This document shows positions 18,693-28,406 of a DNA stretch of 32,000 nt, in pieces. Made by a program: the position numbers and the translations under genes. A model generated the notes under the pieces. It saw only the letters and a program-made list of their open reading frames with translations, made no database searches and was not told the DNA's origin. The stretch covers positions 341,915-373,914 of the forward strand of contig GG663750.1 in the NCBI GenBank assembly GCA_000151265.1, in the 5' to 3' direction. This stretch comes from Micromonas pusilla. Its lineage: Eukaryota. Every line of letters begins with the position of its first letter. Positions within the stretch are counted from its first letter, which is position 1.

Positions 18693-20763
18693 CTACACCG
18701 GAAACAGCGTCTGCATGACCCCCCCCAAGTGCGGGATGACGTCCGTCGTCAGGACGCTCCGTTTCTTCTCCTGAAACGCCCTCCGCGCCGCGAGCCGCGT
18801 CACGACGCACGCAGCGTGCGCGCACAACGCGTTCAACGCTCCCACGTCGTCGTCGCACATCTCCCTCGGCGACGCCGCCTCGTCGCCGCGCGCGCTCGCG
18901 CTCCTCCGCGCGCGCGCGTCGTCGTGCCACGACCTCTCCCCCGCGCCGGTCTCGGGTGGCCCCTCGTCCGTCAACCTCCGCAGCGCCGTCTCCGCGGCGG
19001 CCGGGTCTGAGTCCGCCCACGCCAAAAACGTCGCGACGGCGCCGGCGAGGACGTCGCCCTGCCCGCCGCACCGCCGCGGCATCCCCGGCGCGTCGCACGT
19101 CCGCGTCAGGACCGGGCACCGCTCGACGACGTCATCGAAGTGGTCGTCGTCGCGTCCGTCGCCGCCCATGGCGTGAACGTTATGCGGTCTGTCGCGGCGG
19201 TCGAGGGAGCCCACGGAGCGAATTTCATCCGTCGCGCCCTTGCTCACGACGGTCACGCCGAGCTCGTCCGCGAGCGCGCGCGCGGCTTTCCTCCTCCACG
19301 CCTCCGGGTCGCCGGGAACGGGCGCGTATCTCTTCCCTTTCCCGCCGCGGTCCGCGTCCGCGTCGTCGCCGTCGTCGTCGTCTTCGTACCCGGGGACCTT
19401 CACGCCCGTCTCGTCGCACAGCCGCCTGACGTGGGTCGTTCCATACAAGCGAACGTTGGGGTGGAGTTGAAAGGCGCCGAGGGCGGGTATTGAAAGCGAG
19501 GGGTGGGCGGAGAGACGCGCCGGGCGAAGTCCTTAAGGATCGGCGTTCACGACGCGAACGCGGTCGTATGGGGAGCAGTGCGACGACGAGCGCGCGCCTG
19601 AGCTCGTTGACGTTTGGCGTCAGCGTCGCCCTCGAGTACCCCCTCACGAGCTCGGGCTCCTTCGTCAGCATGTACAGCCCGTCCGCGTCGAACACGATCG
19701 GGAGGTTCGACTTCATCGCGTGGTACACGACCAGCTTCGCGGTCAGCTGCATCGATCGATCGCGTCCCATCCCCGGCCCGACAACGAGCGAGGACAGCCG
19801 CGGCATCCAGCTGCGCGAGGGTCGCGAGGCGACGTCGGGGTGGAGTTGAAAGGGCGCGTCAGTCGGAGTTGAAAGCCGTCGAGGTATGTCGGGGATCGAA
19901 AGCGAGGGGTGGGCGGAGAGAGACGCCGGGAGAGAAAGTCCTTAAGGATCGGCGAGCACGACGCGAACGGGGTCGTATGGGGACCAGTGTCATGTCAGTA
20001 CCTGAGAATCTCATCCGCGTCGGCGACCGCGGCGATGGTCGTCGGGTGCTCGTCCCCGACGCTCCGCGGCGGGTCCCTCTTCACGTCCGCGCTCTCGCGG
20101 ACGACCCCGTGGACGATGAGCTCGGGGGAGTACGACTTGATCACCGGCGCGGCGCCGCGCGAGCAGAAGACGTGCGTCATGTCCGCGCCCACTCTGAGGG
20201 TCGTTCCATACGAGCGAACGTCGGGGTGGAGTTCAGGGGCGTCAGGCGGAGTTCAAAGGCGTCGAGAGCGGGGATTGTGAGCGTGGGATGGGCGGAGAGA
20301 TGCGCCGGCAAAAGTCCTTAAGGATCGGCGTTCACCACGCCGACGCGGTCGTATGGGGACCAGTGTATAGAACGCGCCTGATGGACGCCATCGCCGCGAA
20401 GAAGGGGGCCCCCGCGTATTCGGCGCATCCTCCGAGGACGCCGACGACGCCGCACGCGCCCTTCTTGCGCGCGAGGCTGAGCGTCGGGACGAGCGCGGCG
20501 ACGGAGGGCGGGAGCGCGTCCGAGGAGGAGGACGACGCGGCGGCGGCGTGGTCCGTCGCCGCCGTCGCCGTGGGGGACGCCCTCGGGGGGGAGGCGACCC
20601 CTCGCGACGCGACGAACTCGCTGTATCGCATGTTTCTCGATTGTGACGAAACCGCGGGGGTGAGGCGACGCGCGCGCGGCGAGGGGCGCGGAAGGACGCG
20701 ACGAGCGAGAGAGATCGCCGCGCCGGTTCCCGGGCGCATGCGCGTCGAGCTGTCGCCGCACAC
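18693..20763 (-). CDS. NAXD: ATP-dependent NAD(P)H-hydrate dehydratase (CARKD/NAXD, YjeF C-terminal carbohydrate-kinase family)
   Basis: Model is join(20763..20378, 20193..20002, 19810..19598, 19425..18693), all three introns phase 2. Spliced sequence: [60 protein letters not shown]...[22 protein letters not shown]...[16 protein letters not shown]...[12 protein letters not shown]. It is collinear with human CARKD as recalled ([54 protein letters not shown]). The start is uncertain (20763, or 20631 for MRYSEF). Confidence 0.85.
19426..19597 (-). mobile_element. Introner element copy IE5, NAXD intron 3
   Basis: Sense strand reads GAGCTCAG|GCGCGCGCTCGTCGTCGCACTGCTCCCCATACGACCGCGTTCGCG...CCTTAAGGAC...; it has only one GCCTTTCAACTCC module ...CGCTTGTATGGAACGACCCACGTCAG|GCGGCT. 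Length 172 nt, GC-AG, phase 2. Confidence 0.85.
19811..20001 (-). mobile_element. Introner element copy IE6, NAXD intron 2
   Basis: Sense strand reads ATTCTCAG|GTACTGACATGACACTGGTCCCCATACGACCCCGTTCGCG...CCTTAAGGAC...CGCGACCCTCGCGCAG|CTGGAT. Length 191 nt, GT-AG, phase 2. Confidence 0.85.
20194..20377 (-). mobile_element. Introner element copy IE7, NAXD intron 1
   Basis: Sense strand reads TCCATCAG|GCGCGTTCTATACACTGGTCCCCATACGACCGCGTCGGCGTGGTGAACGCCGATCCTTAAGGAC...CGCTCGTATGGAACGACCCTCAG|AGTGGG. Length 184 nt, GC-AG, phase 2. The split codon AG|A gives the conserved Arg/Lys before VGAD. Confidence 0.9.
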
Positions 20764-21007
20764 GACGCCGCGCGACGCGCGGAATGACGACGGGCGCGCG
20801 TCGTTCCGGAGGTAAAAACCTGTAAAGTATGACTCTGGCGTTTGTCCGACGGTTTAGGAATGACATCTCGTTCGACCTCCGAGGAGGGTGTCGCGAACGT
20901 CGAGGGCTCCGCAAAGACGTGACGCGGTGCTCAGAGCACATCGCGTCGTGTGTGCGTACGTGCGTGCTTTCGTTCGTTACAATCGCGTATCGTCGCGCTA
21001 TCGTGGT

Positions 21008-22450
21008 TCAGTTCGACGCTTCTCTCTCCTTCGCCGCCTCGTCTCGGAGCCGCGCGAAATACCCCGGAGGCATGATTCCGTTCACGGCGCGCGAGCACGT
21101 CTCTCTGTGCGGCGGGTGCGGTTCGGTTCCTCGGGCCCAGTCCTTCTGCTGGCAGCGCTTGTCGCAGTACCGCACGCCGCGGCACAGCTTGCATCCCAAT
21201 CGCGCGTCGCGCTTGCCGCAGGTGACGCACGCTCGAAGCTTCACGAGCTCCTCGGCGACGGCGGCGTTGTCTGGGTGGTAAATTTCAGCAAGTTTGAACG
21301 CCTCCTTTGCCATCCGAAGGTTCTTCTCGAGTCCGCATCTCCCGTGGAGGAAGCAGAGCGCGAGATGATGGAGGCGATCTTCAGCCTTATGGTCAGGAAG
21401 CGGCCCGGAAGCGAAGAGCTCCATGGCGTCGTCGCTGATGCTCGCACTGGTGTCTTCCATGATTGAAAGGAGCGCTTCCCTTTTTGCAGTCCACAAATCA
21501 CCGAGACGGTCCACGTAGTGACTCACGTAGTCACTGCCGCCGCCACTAAACTTCGAGCGCTCGAGAACCATCTTCTCGTATGCTACGTAATCGTTTTGAG
21601 CGATGGGCTGCGGGGCAGCTTCGGTGTGTGTGAGCTTCAACATAGTCTCCGATTTTTGGCATCCCTGCTCGACTGCCTGCTCCCACCACTCCCGCGCCTT
21701 CGCTATGTTTCGCTCGACGCCGCGGCCTTCGTCGTAGAGCAGGCCGATATTGCACATCGAAGATTCGTTGCCACACGCCGCGGCTCTCTCGTACCACTTC
21801 AACGCGTTTGCGTACTGTTCCCTTTCAAGCTCGAGATAGACCCCGTAGTTGTTCTGAGCGCAAGGATTCCCCTTCAACGCCCCTTTCAAGTACCACGCCG
21901 CAGCCGTAGACTTGTTTCGCTCTACGCCGCGGCCGTTGTCGTAGAGCTGGCCGAGGTTGTTCATGGCATCATAGTCGCCCTGCGCCGCGGCTTTCTCATA
22001 CCACTCTCTCGCGGCTGCGTACTGACCCATCTCATCGTCGAGAAAGATTCCGTAGTTGAGTTGAGCTTCACGATCCCCCGTCGACGCCGCTTTCAAGAAC
22101 CACTCCGCAGCCGTAGACTTGTTTTTCTCGACGCCCCTGCCGTCCTCGTAGAGCTGCCCGAGCATCTTCATGGCGTGAACGTCGCCCTGCGCCGCGGCCT
22201 TCTCCCACCACTTACGCGCGGCTTCGTACTCGCTTAATTCGTAGAACATAGAGCCGAGATCACTCTGCGTGCCAACGTGCCCGAGCTCCGCGGCCTTCAC
22301 GAGCCACTGACGTGCTAGCTCGTCGTTTTCCTCCACGCCGCCGGTCCCTTTGCGGTAGTGCCCAGCGATCGCGTACGCCGCCTTCCCGCACCCGCCGTTC
22401 GCCTTCTTCACGAGCTCGCGGATCTTCCGCGGCAGCTTGATCTTCGTCAT
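21008..22450 (-). CDS. Sel1-like repeat protein with a C-terminal MYND zinc finger, copy 2
   Basis: Direct paralogue of 13900..15357 with long near-identical nucleotide tracts (for example 21050..21650 vs 13960..14560), the same MYND finger and the same Sel1 units. Starts at ATG 22450 (MTKIKLPRKI). Single exon. Confidence 0.8.
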   Translation of the reverse strand: MTKIKLPRKIRELVKKANGGCGKAAYAIAGHYRKGTGGVEENDELARQWLVKAAELGHVGTQSDLGSMFYELSEYEAARKWWEKAAAQGDVHAMKMLGQLYEDGRGVEKNKSTAAEWFLKAASTGDREAQLNYGIFLDDEMGQYAAAREWYEKAAAQGDYDAMNNLGQLYDNGRGVERNKSTAAAWYLKGALKGNPCAQNNYGVYLELEREQYANALKWYERAAACGNESSMCNIGLLYDEGRGVERNIAKAREWWEQAVEQGCQKSETMLKLTHTEAAPQPIAQNDYVAYEKMVLERSKFSGGGSDYVSHYVDRLGDLWTAKREALLSIMEDTSASISDDAMELFASGPLPDHKAEDRLHHLALCFLHGRCGLEKNLRMAKEAFKLAEIYHPDNAAVAEELVKLRACVTCGKRDARLGCKLCRGVRYCDKRCQQKDWARGTEPHPPHRETCSRAVNGIMPPGYFARLRDEAAKEREASN

Positions 22451-22859
22451 CGCGTCGCGACGTGGCGGCGGCAGGGAAAGTGCCCGCGGCGTCGTGGCTT
22501 TTTGCCAAACTGAAGAGACCCGCTGACCTCTCTGTCCTTTCTTTTCGCTCACTGGCGGATGACGCTGCGCTGCCTTGCGTGATGAGGCACCGAGCGCGGG
22601 TCGAACGCGGCGCAGCGCAGACGGCTCGCAGCGAGCGACTCCCCCGCCGCCGCCAGTCCGCGCCCGCGCGAGGCCACGCCCTCAGAACGAGCTCGACGCG
22701 TCGAATCCGTCCTCGTCGGCGTCGCGACGCGCGATCGGCCGCGGACGCGCGCGCGCGATCCGATCGCGCGCGGAGCCGCCCGCCCGCGTCGTCCTCTCAT
22801 CGGACACCTCGCCTTCTTCTTCAAACGCGACGAAGAAGAAGAGGGAAGCGCGCGCCGCG

Positions 22860-24448
22860 ATGCCCGGCGACGGCGAGACCGCGGTGACGGTGGACCCGCC
22901 GAAGCAGGAGGACGCGCCATCGGCGTCCGCGCCACCGAAGGAGAAGAAGGAGCGAGAGCCGCGCCTGTGGGAGGAGTGGCCGGGGAAGGACGTGCGTTCG
23001 CGCCCGATCCCTCCCGCTCGCCGCGCCCTCTTTTTTTGAAAGCGCGCGTCGTCCCTCCCTCCCTCCATCCATCCATCCATCCGACCTCCTCCCCATCCCA
23101 ACCCACCCCTCCTCTCCCCAACCCCGTCCACAGAGATTCTTCTGCGACGGACGATGCATGACCGGCCCCTCCCCCGGCGCGCTCCTCGGCACGACGCTCA
23201 CGATCTCGATCCCCGTGATCCTCTTCCTCGCGTTCGTCGTCCCGGACGTCGCGTCCGAGCACGGGGCCGCGATCTGGGTCTTCGCCGTCCTCCTCCCGGC
23301 GTGGAGCGTCACGAACCTCGTGATCACTGGCACGAGCGATCCGGGGTACCTGCCGCGGCTTCCGCACCCGGGTCCGACCCCGGACGGGCGCGCGCGGCCG
23401 CGTTACCGCGAGGAGATCGTGGAGGGGACGGGCAAGGCTGTCACCGTGAAGTGGAACGACACGTGTAACTTTTACCAGCCGCCGCGCGCGCACCACTGCT
23501 CGGTGAACGACGACTGCGTGGATAAGTTCGACCACCACTGCCCGTGGGTCGGGACCACGATCGGGGGGAGGAACTACCGGACGTTTCTGTTCTTCGTGTT
23601 CGGGACGCTGTTGATGTGTGTCTATGTCGTTTGCGTGTGCGCGTTGCAGATTCAGATCAAGCGCGACGACTTGGCGGCGGGGACGGAGAACAGGACGACG
23701 AAGGTGCGTTCTATACACCGGTCCCCATACGACCGCGTTGGCGTGGTGAACGCCGATCCTTAAGGACTTTTCCCGGCGTGTCTCTCCGCCCACCCCTCGC
23801 TTTCAATGCCCGCCCTCGACGCCTTTCAACTCCGACTGACGCCTTTGAACACCACCCCGCCATCGCTTTGTATGGAACGACCCTAAGGCGATCGAGAAGG
23901 CGCCCGTGGCGATGCTCGTGATGATCTTCGCGTTCGTGTTCTTTTGGTTCTTAGGGATAATGACGTGCTTCCACGCGTACTTGGTGCTCACGAACCAGAC
24001 GACGTACGAGAGCTTCAGGGACGGGTACGGCAAGGACGAGAACCCGTACTGGCGCGGCCGGCTGGGGAACTGCGCCGAGGCGTTTTGTTGGCGGCGGCCG
24101 CCGAGCCGGTTTAACTTTCGAGGGACGAAGGATCAGCAGCCCAAGCTTGACGACGCGTGGGTCGCGCACTTGCAAGGGAGCGTCGTGCCGCTGCCGCCGC
24201 GCGTGGACCGGAAGAAGAAGAAGACGGCGAAGGGCAGGGCGGAGGAGCACGCGGAGGGCGGCGGCGACGACGGGAGCGACGGGAGCGACGAAGGGGAGGA
24301 GGGGAGAGGCGAACGGCGCGGCGCGGGGTCGCACCTCGCCGAGCTCGCGGCGATCAAGCTCGAGGAGAAGACGGCGGCGGGCGGCGCGGACGGGGAGGAC
24401 GCGGACGACGAGAGCGGGTACGACGCGGAGGCGGAGAACAAGGTGTGA
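22860..24448 (+). CDS. DHHC-type zinc-finger protein S-acyltransferase (palmitoyltransferase)
   Basis: Model is join(22860..22991, 23134..23703, 23888..24448), all junctions phase 0. Sequence: WEEWPGKD|RFFCDGRCMTGP, then TM segments, then CNFYQPPRAHHCSVNDDCVDKFDHHCPWVGTTIGGRNYRTF (the DHHC-CRD), then ...TENRTTK|AIEKAPVAMLVMIF...TNQTTYESF. Acidic C-terminal tail. Confidence 0.85.
22992..23133 (+). other. Conventional (non-IE) intron, 142 nt, with a long C/T-rich tract
   Basis: AAGGAC|GTGCGTTCGCGCCC...(TCCC)n(CATC)n...AACCCCGTCCACAG|AGATTC. Confidence 0.8.
23704..23887 (+). mobile_element. Introner element copy IE8, DHHC intron 2
   Basis: ACGAAG|GTGCGTTCTATACACCGGTCCCCATACGACCGCGTTGGCGTGGTGAACGCCGATCCTTAAGGAC...CGCTTTGTATGGAACGACCCTAAG|GCGATC. 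Length 184 nt, GT-AG, phase 0. The acceptor triplet AAG equals the last exon triplet AAG. Confidence 0.9.
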
Positions 24449-24612
24449 CGCATGGCCCGGAGGCCGTAGCACGCTCTCATCATAATATTCTGTTCGAACA
24501 CCACCAGTTACCAGTGCTGACTGCAGCGCGACCGACTATTTCTTCGTCGTCCGCTCCGACGCCGGATCTGAGCCGCAGACCGACGCCGCGCCGCGCCCCG
24601 GGGCTCCTCCTC

Positions 24613-27600
24613 ATGGAGCCCCCCCCTCTCTCTCCCTTCCCACCCCCCGCCCCGCCGCCGCCGCCGCCGAACGCGCAGACGCCGCACCTCATCCTCGGCT
24701 CGCTGCGGTACACCATATGCTTCGATCTCCTCGTCGCGACGCCGCTCGTCCTCCTCTTCTTCTTCAAACGGATGGACGACTACGTCCCGATGGTCACGTC
24801 GCGCGCGCGCGGGCTGCGCGGCCGCGCGAGGCAGCTCGCCGCGGTGTGGGGCGCGAGCGGGACGGAGGTCACGTCGCGGTGCGGCGCGGACGCGCGCGAT
24901 TACCTCCGCGTGCAGCGGCATCTTCTGGTCGCGCTCGCGGTCGTCTCAGGCGCGTCCCGTGCACTGGTTCTCCCCATACGGCCGCGTCGGCGTGGTGAAC
25001 GCCGATCCTTGAGGACTTTTCCCGGCGTCTCTCTCCGCCCAGGGTCCCTCGCTTTCAATCCCGACACACCTCGGCGCCTTTCAACTCCACGAAATGACGC
25101 CTAGAACTCCACCCCGACATCGCTTCGTATGGAACGACCCTCAGCGCCCGCGCTCCTGATCCTCCTCCCCGTCGCGTGGCGCGCCGCGCCGTCTCCCGGC
25201 GCGGACGCCGCGCGCGACGATCGCGCGAATCAAGACGCGAATCTCTTCGCGCGGGGGACCGTGCACCACCTTCCGAACGGGTCGCCGTGGCTGTGGGTCG
25301 TGGTGTTCGTGTCGTTCGTCGTCGTCGTCGTCGTGGAGACTGTCGCGTCGAGACTGCATTCTAATCTCGTCGCGCGTCGATACGCGAAGCGCGAGTTAAA
25401 CGCGTCCGTCGCGCGCGTGACCGTGCTCCTGAGGCGGCTGCCGCGGTGCGTGACGTCCGCGCCGCGGGTGCTGGAAACGGCTCTGGGTCGTGCGTTTCCT
25501 GGGCGCGTGCACGCGGTGATCGTGCCGAGGGACGGGAGAGAGGCGACGCTGCGGCGGCGCGCGCAGCTCGCGAAGCGGAGGCTGCGGGTCGCGAGGAGGA
25601 AGTTTTCGCGCGGCGGGAGCGCGTTCGGCGGCGGGAGCAGCGGCGGCGACGGGTTCGGCAGCGGCGGCGTCGGCGTCGGCACCCCCAGTGGCACCCCCAT
25701 CGGCACCCCCATCGGCACCCCCGGCGCGTCGAGCGCGCCGAACGACCGCGCGCGGATGGAAATCTCGCGGCTCGTTCGCGACGTCTCAGGTGCGTTCTAT
25801 ACACTGGTCCCCATACGACCGCGTTGGCGTGGTGAACGCCGATCCTTAAGGACTTTTGCCGGCGTCTCTCTCCTCCCACTCCTCGCTTTCAATCCTTGCC
25901 CTCGACGCCTTTCAACTCCAACTGACGCCTTTCAACTCCACCCCGACGTTCGCTCGTATGGAACGGTCCTCAGCCGCGGAGGACGCGCTCGCGGCGTACA
26001 AACGCCTCCCCGCGCGCGATGTCCCGAACCCCGGGTGCGCGTTCGTCGTGTTCAAGGACAGGAAGACCGCGGACGACGCGCTGGAGGCGCTGACGCCGAC
26101 GGTTCGAGGCGTCGGCGTTTGGTGTCTGAGAGCGGCGGGCGCGGCGACCGCCGACGCCGCCGCGGCGGCGGGCCCCGGGTCGATCGTCCATCGTCGTAAC
26201 CGCCGCGGACGGGGCGTTACAGGTGCTGCCGCCGCTGCTGCGACGACGACCGAACTGGAACCGGAACTGGAACCGTCTTCTTCCATCTCGGTGGAGTCGA
26301 TACGCCTCGCGATCGAGCACGGTGTCCACGCGTGGCGAGCGGACCGCGCGCCGCCGCCGTCGGGCGTCCTGTGGAGAAACGTCGGCGTCTCAGGTGCGTT
26401 CTATACACTGGTCCCCATACGACCGCGTTCGCGTGGTGAACGCCGTTTCATAAGGACTTTTCCCGGCGTCTCTCTCCGCCCACCCCTCGCTTTCAATACC
26501 CGCCCTCGACGCCTTTCAACGCCAACTGACGCCTTTCAACTCCACCCCGACGTTCGCTCGTATAAAACGACCCTCAGCGTCGGAACGCGTCGCGAGGCTC
26601 GTGACCATCTACGCCCTCGTGTTCCTCGGGCTCGTGTTCGTGTCCTCGCCGCTCGCGCTGTTCTCGTTCGTGAACGACCTCGCGAGGGCGCTGAACCCGA
26701 AGATGGACACGCACGCGATGTGGCTCTCGTGGGCGAAAGGCCGCGGTGCGCTCTCCGGGTTTATCTTTCAGGTGCGTTCTATACACTGGTCCCCATACGA
26801 CCGCGTCGGCGTGGTGAACGCCGATCCTTAAGGACTTTGCCCGGCGCATCTCTCCGCCCACACCTCGCTTTCAATCCCCGCCATCGACGCCTTTCAACTC
26901 CACCTGACGCCTTTCAACACCACCCCGCCATCGCTTCGTATGGAACGACCCTCAGTTTCTCCCGCAGCTTTGCGTGCTTCTGATGATTTACGTCTTGATA
27001 CCTTACGTGTTGGAGCGAGCGACCGCGGCGGAGAAGCACCTGACGCGCTCGGGCGCGTTCAGCTCGCTCGTGTTCAAAGAGTTTTGGTTCTTCCTCGTCA
27101 ACTTGCTGCTGCTTCTCGCGCTCGGGAAAGCCGCGCTGAGCGCGACGGCGCAGCAAGTGCGGGAGTGTCGGTGGCGGCAGAGCCCGGACGCGTGCGAGTT
27201 TAAGTTTTTCAAACTCCTGGGCGACGCGTTCGTCGCCACGAGCGCGATGAGCGTGTTCGCGTTTCTGTGCTCGTGCTGCACGATCGGTCCGGCGTGGGAG
27301 CTCCTGGCGCTGTTCTCGTGGATCGGGAGCAGGGTGAAGGAGAAAGCCGCGGAGGCGGCGGCGGGAGGCGGCGGCGGCGGCGGCGGCGGCGGCGCGACTG
27401 GCTCCGCCGGCGACCTCCTCTCGCTGCTCCCGTCCGCCGGCGCCGCCCTCGTCGAGGACGCGCACGACGACGAGCACTTCGACAACCCCGCGTTCGCGTC
27501 CCCGGCGCCGGACGCGATCACGGCGGGGGGGACACGTGGAGACCGGGGATTGGACGACGTTCGCCTGACGCCCGCGCCGCTCGCGCGTCGGGCCGCGACC

Positions 27601-28372
27601 AAAAAAGTCCGCCCCGCGTTCGACCTCCCCGGCCAGCACGCGTTCAACGTCACCGTCCTCGCGTGCTCGCTGTCGTACGCCGCGCTCGCGCCCGTGCTCC
27701 TCGTCCCCGGGACGCTGTTCTTCGCCGCGCGGTACCTCGTGCACAAGCACAACTTGTTGTGTTTGCATTTGGACGCCGTCGCCGGCGCGGGGGACAGCGG
27801 GCTCTTCGGCGATCACGGGGAAGACGGAACGTCAACCGTCGCGCCGGCGACGGCGCGCCGGAAGATGACTTCGGACGGGCGCCTGCTCGGGACGGTCGTG
27901 CACCTGATCCGCGTGTCCGTGTTCGTGCACGCCGCGGTGATGGTCGCGTTTATGAACCTGCGGGGGGATCCGACGCAGCGCGCGTGCTCGGATGTGATTT
28001 TTTTGCTCGCCGTCGTGCGCCCGCGGGTCGAGGCCGCGACGGGGCGCGCGATGCGGCGGCGGCGCCGCGCCGGCGGCGGGAGCGGCGCGGACGTGCACGT
28101 GGACGCGGCGGAGGCGCTGCTCGGGGCGGGCGCGCGGAGCGCGGCCGACGAGGACGCGGAGGACGGCGGCGCGCACTGGGCGCGAGACGACGACGACGAC
28201 GACGACGACGACGTCTCCGCGGCGACGCTGATCGACTCGCGGAGGTACGCCGGCCCCGCGGAGGACGGCGGCGACGCGCTGAGCTCGTTTCGAGCGGAGA
28301 GCGGGTGGGCGGGGCCGGGGAGCGCGAGCGGGGAGTCGGTGCAGTCGCCGACGGGGGCGAGCCCGAGCCCCC

Positions 28373-28406
<34 letters not shown>

